Shown here: positions 11,132 through 21,074 of the stretch, in pieces | Layout of the letters: every line of letters begins with the position of its first letter | How positions within the stretch are numbered: the first letter of the stretch is position 1 | Assembly: GCA_963789395.1 (NCBI GenBank) | Contig: CAWBKP010000004.1 | Coordinates: 1 to 64,000 of the forward strand | Length of the DNA stretch: 64,000 nt | Reading direction: 5' to 3' | DNA from: an uncultured delta proteobacterium | Lineage (GTDB): Bacteria > Desulfobacterota > Desulfobacteria > Desulfobacterales > Desulfatirhabdiaceae | Notes under the pieces: model-generated | Told to the model about the DNA's origin: nothing | Database searches by the model: none | Seen by the model: only the letters and a program-made list of their open reading frames with translations | Position numbers and translations under genes: made by a program

Positions 11132-13845
11132 ATGATCGACGAGGATAACCAGCCCAATCAAGCCGCAGGGGTACGCCTGAAGGCAGAAGAGATGGCAAGA
11201 GAATATTCCGATCTGTCTCTGGAAAAAATCAAGGCCCAGTCGCCGGAAGGAATTCAGCAGATAATTCACGATCTGCAGGTTCAGCAGATCGAGCAGAAAC
11301 TGCAGATCGAAGAACTGATTCGAATCCAAGCGGAACGGGAATCTGTGCGGGACAGGTTCGTTAACTTCTATGATCTGACGCCGGTGGGTTCCTTCATCTT
11401 GAATGAACAAGGGCTGGTCCTGGAGACTAATCTCTCGACCGATAACTTACTGAGCATACCAAGATGCACATTAGCCAGGCAGCCACTGACCCGTTTTATC
11501 CTTCCCGAGGACCAGAAAGTCTTCTGCTTCCACCTCAAAGAGCTCTTTAAAACTGATGTTCCCCGTGCATGTGAAATACGGATGCTGAAAAAAGATGGCC
11601 CTCCATTCTGGGTCCAAATGGAGATATTCCTGATCCGACATGCTGTCGGCACGCCCCTGTGCCACACCGTGATAAGGGACATTTCCGAACACAAATGGTC
11701 GCAACCAGCTGAAATAGATCGCGAAATGTATTTCAGAATGATGATAGAAAAAGCCCCGGTTATATTTTTTATCCATGATTACCGGGGAAAATTCCTTTAT
11801 GTAAATGAACAGGTCCGCAATAAATTGGGATACACGCAAGAAGAACTGCTGAATATGAATGCCCGGGATATTCAACAGACGCTGAGCTTCGAGCAGCTGT
11901 GCTCGATATGGGACTCTCTTGAGGACGGCGAATCGTCCGCAGCGGAAACCGAGCTTCTCAGAAAAGATGGCAGTGTTTTTCCGGTTGAAATCAGAATCTC
12001 ATTATTAATTTCTTCAACGAGCGAGCGCATCTTTTTGGGTATTGTGCATGACATTACCGATCTCAAGCAGGTTGAGGAGGAGCTGCGCGATGAGCGTTGG
12101 CGGCTTCAGAGTATCATTGAAGGTGCTTTTGTCGGCACCTGGGAGTGGAATGTCCAGACAGGAGAAACGGTGTTAAATATGACGTGGGCTCAGATGTTGG
12201 GCTATACGCTCGATGAATTGTCTCCCACCAGTATTAAAACATGGGAGGCGCTGGTGCATCCCGAGGACTTGAAGTTGTCCTACGAGCTTTTAGAGCGGCA
12301 TTTTGCAGGGGAACTTCCCTACTTCACCTGCGATTGCCGGATGAGACACAAGGCCGGACATTGGATCTGGATTCGGGACAGCGGGCGGATCATCAACCGC
12401 ACAGAAGACGGAAAGCCACTGATGATGTTCGGCATCCATACAGACATCACCGAGCGAAAACGAACCGAGGAGGCGCTGCAGGAGAGTGAAGCAAAACACA
12501 GGATTTTGTTTGAAAACGCAAACGACGCAATATTTATCGTCGATATGGAAGCACGATTACTTGCAGCCAACCCGATGGCGGAAAGGCACCTCGGTTACAC
12601 ACGTCGGAACTGATGTCCATGACCGTTCACCAGGTCAGTTCACCAAAGGGTGGGCAGATGGTTCAGGAGCGACTGGCAAGCTTGATAAATCATGGCCACC
12701 TGACGTTTGAGTCCGAGCACCGGCATAAGGACGGTTCACTCATTCCGGTTGAAATCAGCTCTCGGCGGATCACCTGGAATGGCCAGCCGGCGATTCACAG
12801 CATCTGTCGTAACATTTCCGAACGCAAGAAGGCCGAGGAATTAATCCAAGAGAGTGAGCAGCGGTTTCGAGCCGCCTTCATTGGCAATCCGGTGGCCGCA
12901 TGCATCACCAGGCAGCAAGACGCCGTCTGGATTGATGCCAACCAGGCAGAACTCGACTTGTTCGGATACACCCGTGAAGAATTCATAGGGAAAAGTGCAC
13001 TGGAAACCAATATTTGGGTCGATCCATCCGATCGACAACGGATTGTAGAGGCTGTGAACCGGGGCGAAGCGGTGAGAAGCAAAAATGTTCAGCTTCGATG
13101 CAAAGACGGCAAATTGATATCTGCATCAGTATCTGCCACAGGACTGACATTGAAAGGGGTGAAACATACCCTCTTCGTCACAGAGGACATCACGGAGCGG
13201 AAGCTTGCCGATGAAAAGATAAAGGCCGCTTTGCAGGAGAAAGAGGTTTTGCTCCGGGAGGTCCACCACCGGGTCAAAAACAACATGCAGGTGGTCAGCA
13301 GTCTGCTTTTTCTTCAGGCATCGCGGACGGAGAATGAGCAGGCGCGGCAAGCGTTGCTTGAAAGCCAGCAGCGCATCCTTGCCATGGCCATGATCCACGA
13401 GGTGCTTTACAGCGGTCAGAATCTGGCTGCCATCGATCTTTCCGTCTATTTGAAGCGTCTTGTCGATCACCTGCAGGGGGCTTACAGCAACCAGTCGGAT
13501 ATACGGGTTGTTTTGGAGGCAGACCATGTCGAAATAGATATCAACCAGGCAGTGCCCTGCAGTTTGATCTTCAACGAGCTGATCACCAACGCATTCAAGC
13601 ATGCCTTCCCGGATGGCAGAAAGGGGACGGTCCGGATCAGGGTGTATCTTTCCCATGATAAAGAGGTGGTCTTGGAGCTAAGCGACAATGGCGTGGGGTT
13701 CGCCCTGGATCAGGACCTGTCGAAACCTTCCTCTTTGGGACTGAAGCTTGATCCGGAGGCTGTTGATGAAGCAGCTGAAAGGGAGCATGGATATGACCAC
13801 CGAAGGGGGCACCACTTTTACCCTCCGCTGGCCGCTGCCTGTTAA
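11132..13845 (+). CDS. Multi-PAS sensor histidine kinase, HisKA_2 type (frameshifts ~12605 and ~13750)
   Basis: Five PAS domains including a GTWEWN PAS_3, LREVHHRVKNNMQ, ELITNAFKHAF, DNGVG. Confidence 0.88.
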
Positions 13846-14141
13846 AAGTGCCGGCAAGTTAACTGTCTGATTTGCACAACTGGTTTTTTATTGGAAATTG
13901 GTTGCAATTGACGGTTGCCTTAACCAAACATGGAAACCACAATCTGTGATGTTGACGCCAGGGTGAAACGCCGAGGCGTTTTGGATTGCAAAACACCATC
14001 ACAGGAACTAAAATCATGAAAAATGATTCGAATTTATGCTTCATGAACATAAACGGAAATTAATATATGGTTGGTGATACCGTCGTATTCGAGGCATTGG
14101 CATCTTTCCTGAAAAAGTCTTTCTTGAACGGAGAGGATGAT

Positions 14142-15326
14142 ATGACCACAAGAAAAAAGTTACTGGTATTTCTCGTCATTATTATTTGTTGCCATATTTG
14201 TAACAGCAATGCGATCTTTGCAGCGACAACTGGTCAGGATGACCCCGGCATAACCAGTGATGGCAACGGCGGGGCTATTATCTCTTGGAAAGGGCAACGC
14301 ACAAACATCTATGCCCAACGGATCAATGACAACGGTGCTGTTCTATGGACTACAAACGGCGTGGCGATCCTTTCCGCCTCTACGGAAGCAGGGTACCCTG
14401 CCATAACCAGCGATCGTAACGGCGGGGCCATCATCTCATGGAAAGGGCAACAGGCGAAAATCTATGCCCAGCGGGTCAATGGCAGCGGTGCTGTTCTATG
14501 GACTACAAACGGCGTTACCATCAATACCAATTCCGCGGCGGATGGATATCCCGCCATAACCGGCGACGGCAACGGCGGGGCCATCATCTCATGGAAAGGG
14601 CAACAGGCGAAAATCTATGCCCAGCGGGTCAATGGCAACGGCACGGTCCAATGGACAACTAACGGCGTTACCATCAATACCAATTCCGCGGCGGATGGAT
14701 ATCCCGCCATAACCGGCGATGGCAACGGCGGGGCCATCATCTCATGGAAAGGGCAACAAGCGAACATCTATGCCCAGCGGGTCAATGGCAGCGGCATGGT
14801 CCTATGGACAACTAACGGTGTTACCATCAATACCAATTCCGCGGCGGATGGATATCCCGCCATAACCGGCGACGGCAACGGCGGGGCCATCATCTCATGG
14901 AAAGGGCAACAGGCGAACATCTATGCCCAGCGGGTCAATGACAGCGGCACGGTCCAATGGACAACAAACGGCGTGGCGATCCATACCAAATCCGCGGCGG
15001 ATGGGCGCATCGCCATAACCAGTGACCAAAACGCCGGGGCCATCATCTCATGGAAAAGTCGGCAGGCGAACATCTATGCCCAGCGGGTCAATGGCAGCGG
15101 CACTGTTCTATGGACTACAAACGGCGTGGCGATCCATACCAATTCCGCGGCGGATGGATATCCCGCCATAACCGGCGACGGCAACGGCGGGGCCATCATC
15201 TCATGGAAAGGTCAACAGGCGAACATCTACGCCCAACGGGTCAATGACAACGGCACTGTTCTATGGACTACAAACGGCGTGGCGATCCCCGCTGCATCTG
15301 CGGATGCCCGACAATACAGACATTAG
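14142..15326 (+). CDS. Secreted protein made of seven 51-aa repeats (probable 7-bladed beta-propeller)
   Basis: RBS GGAGAGG, signal peptide MTTRKKLLVFLVIIICCHICNSNAIFA, 7x (YPAITGDGNGGAIISWKGQQANIYAQRVNGSGTVLWTTNGV...). Confidence 0.8.
   Translation: MTTRKKLLVFLVIIICCHICNSNAIFAATTGQDDPGITSDGNGGAIISWKGQRTNIYAQRINDNGAVLWTTNGVAILSASTEAGYPAITSDRNGGAIISWKGQQAKIYAQRVNGSGAVLWTTNGVTINTNSAADGYPAITGDGNGGAIISWKGQQAKIYAQRVNGNGTVQWTTNGVTINTNSAADGYPAITGDGNGGAIISWKGQQANIYAQRVNGSGMVLWTTNGVTINTNSAADGYPAITGDGNGGAIISWKGQQANIYAQRVNDSGTVQWTTNGVAIHTKSAADGRIAITSDQNAGAIISWKSRQANIYAQRVNGSGTVLWTTNGVAIHTNSAADGYPAITGDGNGGAIISWKGQQANIYAQRVNDNGTVLWTTNGVAIPAASADARQYRH
14240..15290 (+). repeat. Seven tandem ~153-bp coding repeats
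   Basis: ccatcatctcatggaaa recurs with a 153-bp period (e.g. 14581 and 14734). Confidence 0.95.
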
Positions 15327-15484
15327 TTGTTGACATAACTCTCTGAAATTTATAATAAAGCCTTATCATATTAATTGCGTATGTTATCTGCAATACGAAC
15401 ACTGCCCCGTGAGGTCCGCAAAGAGACGTCGAAGGATCAAGGCTGGATATCGCCCCCCCTGCTGGCGATAAAAGGATCAAGGTA

Positions 15485-17746
15485 ATGGCTGAAAAACCAA
15501 CCTATGACGCCTTGGAACAACGAATAACGCTGTTGGAACAGAACTTGGCCCAGCAAAAGCGTTTTGAAGAAATCAACCGGACACTGTTCCAAATATCCAA
15601 TGCCGTCAACATGACGTCCAGCCTTAACGAATTATTCCGAACGATACACGCAGCCCTGAGTCCCATCCTTGACACCACCAATTTTTTTATCGCGATATAT
15701 GATAAAATTACAGACAGTGTCACTTTTCCGTACTGCATGGATTCCGTAGATGATTGCTATCCACCGGTTATAGAAATCAGCAAGACGGAATCATTAACAG
15801 CGGAGGTGATTCGAACGGGCCGCCCAGTAATGGTGACCAAGGCGGAAATATTAAGCCAGCGGGCCAAAAGCGGTTTAATAATACCGGCCTGCACACCGTC
15901 AGAGATCTGGTTGGGCGTACCCTTGAAAGCCCGTGATAAAATTATCGGCGTTATGGCGGTCCAAAGTTATAATGATCCCACGTGTTATGATCAAACGGAC
16001 ATGGATGTACTGGTTTCCGTCGCCGACCAGGTAGCCATTGTTATTGAGAGAAAGCAGGCCGAGAAGGCGCTGCAACAGGCGCACGATAAACTGGAGCAGC
16101 GCGTTGCGGAGCGGACGGAAAAATTGCGCCAGGTCAATTCGGACCTGCAGGCGGAAATCAGCGAACGCAAGAAAGTCGAGGAGGCGCTGCGGGCAAGCGA
16201 GGAGAAATATCGCACGGTTGCGGGCTTTACCTACAACTGGGAAGCGTGGCGGGCACCGGACGGCACATACCGGTACATCTCCCCTTCCTGTGAGCGCATT
16301 ACCGGGCACACCGTGGCGGAGTTTCTGGCTGACCCGAACCTCATGGTAAAAATCACGCACCCGGACGACCGGTCAAAGGTCATCTCGCATATTCATGCCG
16401 ACGTTCACGCAGGCCATAAACAGGATATGGACATTGATTTTCGAATCCTCACACCAAGCGGCGAAATCCGCTGGATCAGCCATATGTGTACCGCCGTGTA
16501 CGGTGAAAACGGGCAGTGGCTGGGCCGCCGCGAGAGCAATCGCAATATCACCGACCGCAAGCTGGCGGAAGCTGAAAAGGTGAAGGTAGAAGCCCAGAAC
16601 TGGCAACTCCAGAAAACCGAAAGCCTGGGTCGCATGGCAGGGGCCATTGCCCACCAATTCAACAACCATTTCCAAGCAATGACGGGGAATCTGGAAATGG
16701 CCATGGATGGATTGCGTCTGGGGAAAAATCCGATTGAAAGACTGGTCGCAACCATGAACGCGGTTCGCAAGGCATCGGAAGTAAGCAGTCTGATGCTTAC
16801 CTATCTGGGACAAGCGGCCGGAGACCGTGCGCCGCTGGACCTGTCAGGAGCCTGCCTCCGAAGCCTGCCGCTGATTCAGGCCGCAGCCCCGAAAAACATG
16901 TTTATTAAATCTGATTTTCCCGCTTCCGGTCCAATCATCCGTGCAAACGCAGGCCATATTCTGCATGTTCTGACCAACCTGATCACCAATGCCTGGGAGT
17001 CGTCCGATGAGAACCGACACGGCATTTGCCTGACCGTCAAGACGGTTTCCCGGACGAATATTCCCGCTTCAAAGCGCTTTCCGGTCGAATGGCAGCCATT
17101 GGAGCCCGCCTACGCCTGCATTGAAGTGGCGGATGCAGGATGCGGAATCGCGGAAAACGACTTCGAAAAAATCTTCGACCCGTTTTTTTCCACCAAGTTC
17201 ACCGGCCGGGGGCTTGGCTTGCCCGTGGTTCTCGGGATTGTTCGGGCACACAACGGTGCTGTCACGGTGGAAAGCGAACCAGGCAAAGGGAGTATCTTCC
17301 GGGTCTTTTTTCCGGCAGCAGGTGAAGAAATCCCCATCCTGATAGAAGAAGCGGCCCAAGCCCCGGAAATAAGCGGGGCCGGCACAGTACTATTGGTCGA
17401 AGACAATGATATGGTGCGTGAAATGGCCGCGGACATGCTTACACATCTTGGCTTCAAGGTGGTTGAAGCCAAGGATGGCGTCGAAGCGGTGGATCTGTTC
17501 CGGCAGCACCGGAATGAGATCCGATGCGTTCTGTCCGATTTGACAATGCCGCGCATGGACGGATGGGATACGCTGGCTGCACTGCGCAAACTTTCACCGG
17601 ATATCCCTGTGATCCTTTCCAGCGGCTACGACGAGGCTCAGGTCATGGCAGGCGAACATCCCGAATCTCCCAATGGTTTTCTGGGCAAACCGTATCTGCT
17701 TAAAGATCTAAGAGACATTCTCAATCGCGTTTTAACGCAATGCTGA
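15485..17746 (+). CDS. GAF-PAS hybrid histidine kinase with C-terminal receiver
   Basis: GAF (WLGVPL..IGVMAVQSY), PAS, AGAIAHQFNN, FDPFFSTKFTGRGLGL, REC (LLVED...SDLTMPRMDG..KPY). Confidence 0.92.
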   Translation: MAEKPTYDALEQRITLLEQNLAQQKRFEEINRTLFQISNAVNMTSSLNELFRTIHAALSPILDTTNFFIAIYDKITDSVTFPYCMDSVDDCYPPVIEISKTESLTAEVIRTGRPVMVTKAEILSQRAKSGLIIPACTPSEIWLGVPLKARDKIIGVMAVQSYNDPTCYDQTDMDVLVSVADQVAIVIERKQAEKALQQAHDKLEQRVAERTEKLRQVNSDLQAEISERKKVEEALRASEEKYRTVAGFTYNWEAWRAPDGTYRYISPSCERITGHTVAEFLADPNLMVKITHPDDRSKVISHIHADVHAGHKQDMDIDFRILTPSGEIRWISHMCTAVYGENGQWLGRRESNRNITDRKLAEAEKVKVEAQNWQLQKTESLGRMAGAIAHQFNNHFQAMTGNLEMAMDGLRLGKNPIERLVATMNAVRKASEVSSLMLTYLGQAAGDRAPLDLSGACLRSLPLIQAAAPKNMFIKSDFPASGPIIRANAGHILHVLTNLITNAWESSDENRHGICLTVKTVSRTNIPASKRFPVEWQPLEPAYACIEVADAGCGIAENDFEKIFDPFFSTKFTGRGLGLPVVLGIVRAHNGAVTVESEPGKGSIFRVFFPAAGEEIPILIEEAAQAPEISGAGTVLLVEDNDMVREMAADMLTHLGFKVVEAKDGVEAVDLFRQHRNEIRCVLSDLTMPRMDGWDTLAALRKLSPDIPVILSSGYDEAQVMAGEHPESPNGFLGKPYLLKDLRDILNRVLTQC

Positions 17747-17941
17747 CCCGGCCCCCCCCCATCCAAAACAATGCGCAGCATTCCAAATGACCTGATTCAT
17801 TGCATTTGGTTCTATTTTCGATACAAAATATCCCTTGACAATCAAAAACAGTCCCCCTACCCTGAAATTTCGATCACTTGATAGTTTATCCGAGTCTCGT
17901 TGCAGTACATGATCAGCTCAAATCGAGCGAAAGGAGACATT

Positions 17942-18453
17942 ATGGTTTTTAAAAAAGGGTTGATGATTGCGTTGATTTCCTGTTTCGCCCTGGTTTCACC
18001 GAGCCTGGCCACAAACAGGGGGCTGTCGATGCCAAGGCTGTGGCCAAGACCGTGATGGAGCAGCATAACAAAGCGTTTAATGAACACGATCTCAAAAGCA
18101 TAATGACTCTTTATTCCCAGGATCCGGACACCATTCTGATGGGCACGGGTCCGGGGGAGACATATCTGGGAGAAGAAGGGATATCCGGGGCTTACAATCA
18201 GTTTTTCAACAAATTTAAAGCGGATACACTCAGTTTCAAGTACGATTGGATCGCTGCCGGATCAAAAGGCGACATGGCCTGGTTTGCAGTGACGACAACG
18301 ATGACGGCTGCGGTGAATACCGAGCAAAAGGAAATCGCTTTCAACATGTCGGGTCTGCTCCAGAAGCAAAAAGGCAAATGGCGCATAGTCAGCCTGCATT
18401 TTTCCAGGCTGGGCACCGAGGAGCAACCGGCTGTCGAGCCGGCAAAACAATAA
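17942..18453 (+). CDS. Exported NTF2/SnoaL-like protein (frameshift ~18015)
   Basis: RBS AAGGAGA, signal MVFKKGLMIALISCFALVSPSLA, then HNKAFNEHDLKSIMTLYS...GDMAWFA...GKWRIVSLHFS. Confidence 0.8.
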
Positions 18454-18556
18454 CTGCAGTTATGTCCCAACTATCCCGGCGATTTCAGTTCTTGCCTGAA
18501 GAGCAGGGTGCACAGTGACTTGGCAGGATGCATTCGCGAAATTATGGAGGTCAAAA

Positions 18557-18946
18557 ATGGATAAAGATCCCAAAGAACGGCAGGACGAAGATATTTCCAG
18601 CACCGAACAGGCGTTGATGGACCGGAGAGGGTTTCTCCACAGTCTTCAAAAGTGGTCTAAAATCGTGATCGGCGGCGCACTGGTGGGCAGCGCGCTCTTG
18701 AATTCCGGAACGGAGGCGGAAGCGGCCGGATGGGCCAACAGAGGTGGTGGCGGCGGGGGGGCCTGGGCCAACAGAGGCGGCGGGGGCGGCGGAGCCTGGG
18801 CCAACCACGCAGGCGGCGGCGGGGCCGTGGTCCGTCCCGGCGGCAGCACGGCCTGGGCCAACAGCGGGGGCGGCGGGGGAGCAGCCTGGGCCAATCGCGG
18901 TGCAGCCTGGGCCAATCGCGGATCCGCCTGGGTGAACCGATTTTAG
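18557..18946 (+). CDS. Putative RiPP precursor: Tat-like leader plus Gly-rich core with seven W-x-N motifs
   Basis: RBS GGAGG 18546-50. DRRGFL, hydrophobic stretch and AEA|A site; core motifs WANR, WANR, WANH, WANS, WANR, WANR, WVNR. Lies upstream of a radical SAM/SPASM gene. Confidence 0.85.
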   Translation: MDKDPKERQDEDISSTEQALMDRRGFLHSLQKWSKIVIGGALVGSALLNSGTEAEAAGWANRGGGGGGAWANRGGGGGGAWANHAGGGGAVVRPGGSTAWANSGGGGGAAWANRGAAWANRGSAWVNRF

Positions 18947-19111
18947 CGAAAACAGATCTAATTCTCTTCCGGCACCGGAAAGGGGCGTTTCCCGGTCTTG
19001 GATTTCTGAATTCGATTCGGATTTCGTGCTTCGATATTCGGATGTTGCCTGAACGGACTCTCCGTTCAGGCAAGTTATCGTCATGCCGTCTTCTTCCAGA
19101 GAAGAGATCCC

Positions 19112-19942
19112 GTGCTCAAATCCCTTGTTTACAACATTCCCGCTGCAATGCTCGAAGCATACCGCGGGCGGGACATTATTGTCCGCTCCCATGACCCGTC
19201 TGAAATCCTTCACCGACTCGATCATTGCGATCTGAACAGGATTGCATATCTGCAGATACTTGGGACGGGCGGCGCCGTTGACGGCCTGATGCGCTGGGAG
19301 CATGCAATCCCGATCGACCTGGTAATACAAAACCCGGAAGCGGATCTGCCCCTGCTCTATCGCTACCGGCCCCTGCTGTCCGAACGTCCGGTCCGGGTTT
19401 CCGTCCGGGTCGCGGCCGGATTCAGCAAGGTGGTCAAGCTTGCCCTTTCCCTGAATTTTGCGGTCAAACTCGATGTCCGCCAGCCGGAACCGGCAGTGAT
19501 CGAAGAAATGTTTCGGGTCGCAACCCTTTACCTGCATCAGTCGACGGTTTCCCAGCCGGTCGAGTTTATCCACAGTGTCTTCTTGAGCTTTTATCACGGA
19601 AACCCCGTCACGCTGTGGGCCATACAGGAAGAAGACCCTGCCGCAGCCCGCTACGTTACGGATCTGGGCGAAGAGACCCTGTCCCCCCGGTTTGCCGGTG
19701 AGACGCTCACGTACGGCCTCTCTTCCTTCATCAAGGACTTCACCAAAGAACTTCTTGACGAAAAACACGCGTGCTGCGGTTGCGCATTTTTTGAAACCTG
19801 CGCCGGATATTTCAAGTGGCCCAGAAAACAATACCGGTGTGACGGTGTAACGTCTCTATTTCAAATGCTTAAGGCCGCCGCAGCGGAATTGAAATCCGAT
19901 CTGTCCGCATTCAGCGCACCGGAAAAAGAAAATGGATCATGA
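19112..19942 (+). CDS. Uncharacterised maturase partner with C-terminal SPASM-like Cys cluster and no CxxxCxxC
   Basis: C-terminal CCGCAFFETCAGYFKWPRKQYRC; overlaps the next gene by 11 bp. Confidence 0.7.
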   Translation: MLKSLVYNIPAAMLEAYRGRDIIVRSHDPSEILHRLDHCDLNRIAYLQILGTGGAVDGLMRWEHAIPIDLVIQNPEADLPLLYRYRPLLSERPVRVSVRVAAGFSKVVKLALSLNFAVKLDVRQPEPAVIEEMFRVATLYLHQSTVSQPVEFIHSVFLSFYHGNPVTLWAIQEEDPAAARYVTDLGEETLSPRFAGETLTYGLSSFIKDFTKELLDEKHACCGCAFFETCAGYFKWPRKQYRCDGVTSLFQMLKAAAAELKSDLSAFSAPEKENGS

Positions 19943-21074
19943 ACCCCCCCCCTTTTCTCTGATACTATTGCCGACTCTGGGGTGCAATGCCGACTGTGCC
20001 TACTGTTTTGAAAGCAATTCCGACCACCGCCTTTCCCTGGATCAACTTTCCACTATCGTTCAAAAAGTCATGGACCACATGGCGCGAAACCATATCCAAA
20101 CCCTGTCCATTTACTGGCAGGGGGGTGAAGTCATGCTGCTGCCGCCAAAATGGTTTGAGCAGGCCCACGGCATCATTCAGAAAATTGCCGCAAGCCGGAA
20201 CCGGCAAGTTATCAATTATATCCAATCCAACATGATCTCCTACAGCCGGAAATGGAACCGTATCCTTGCGGAAATGTTCGGCAACAGCGTGGGGTCTTCC
20301 CTGGATTTTCCCAACCTCCACCGGAAAATCAAGGGCGGAAGCCCGAAAGAATATGACCGGATTTGGGCGCGAAACATCCGGGAAGCGCAAGCGGCAGGCA
20401 TCGACATCGGGGTCATATCGATCCCCAATGATCAGACGCTTAAATTGGATGCTGACCGATTCTACACCTATTTTGTGACGGACCTGGGAATTACCGATTT
20501 TCAAATCAACACGCCTTTTCCGGGAGGCTCTCAAAATGCCGTGAAAACGGGATTTCCTTTGGACACACATCGGCTGAGCCGGTTTCTGGAGGATCTTGCA
20601 GATGTATGGATGGCGCAGGGCTTCCAGCCAGGGGTGAGGATCGGGCCCTTTGACAAGCTTCTCGACTATTTCGTTCATGGAAGCCGCAACTTTCTCTGCA
20701 TCTGGCAGGACAACTGCGTCAATGAATTCGTCTGCATCGATCCGAAAGGACGTGTGGCCCAGTGTGACTGCTGGGTGACCGGCTATCCCGATTTCTGGTT
20801 CGGCAATATTTTTGCCGACGGCAGCCTCTCGGACCTGCTTGAAAACAGCAGCGCCCGCCGGCGCCTGCAGGCCAGACCGGGGGTGCTGATCCAGACAGAA
20901 GACTGCCTGGACTGTGTCTATTTGACCATCTGCCACGGAGGCTGTCCGGTGCGGGCGTATACCGTCCATGGCGACCTTTTCAGAAAAGACCCTTATTGCC
21001 ACCTCTACAAACGACTTTTTCAGCACATGGAGGCAATGGCGGCAACCCTTGCCGGAAAAGCCCGCACCGCCTGA
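19932..21074 (+). CDS. Radical SAM/SPASM-domain peptide maturase
   Basis: CNADCAYC (Cx3Cx2C), YWQGGE, SPASM CIWQDNC..CIDPKGRVAQC and CLDCVYLTICHGGCP...YC. Confidence 0.93.
   Translation: MDHEPPPFSLILLPTLGCNADCAYCFESNSDHRLSLDQLSTIVQKVMDHMARNHIQTLSIYWQGGEVMLLPPKWFEQAHGIIQKIAASRNRQVINYIQSNMISYSRKWNRILAEMFGNSVGSSLDFPNLHRKIKGGSPKEYDRIWARNIREAQAAGIDIGVISIPNDQTLKLDADRFYTYFVTDLGITDFQINTPFPGGSQNAVKTGFPLDTHRLSRFLEDLADVWMAQGFQPGVRIGPFDKLLDYFVHGSRNFLCIWQDNCVNEFVCIDPKGRVAQCDCWVTGYPDFWFGNIFADGSLSDLLENSSARRRLQARPGVLIQTEDCLDCVYLTICHGGCPVRAYTVHGDLFRKDPYCHLYKRLFQHMEAMAATLAGKARTA

Noticed and set aside
14240..15290. Possible CRISPR array or DGR template
   Set aside because: Contiguous 153-bp in-frame coding repeats with no unique spacers, cas genes or reverse transcriptase.
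14142..15326. Repeat protein as a second maturase substrate
   Set aside because: Its Trp motifs are WTTN and WKG, not WxN, and its Sec-type signal implies unfolded export.
18520..18540. Sigma54 promoter upstream of the precursor (TTGGCAGGATGCATTCGC)
   Set aside because: GG-N10-GC spacing is not met.
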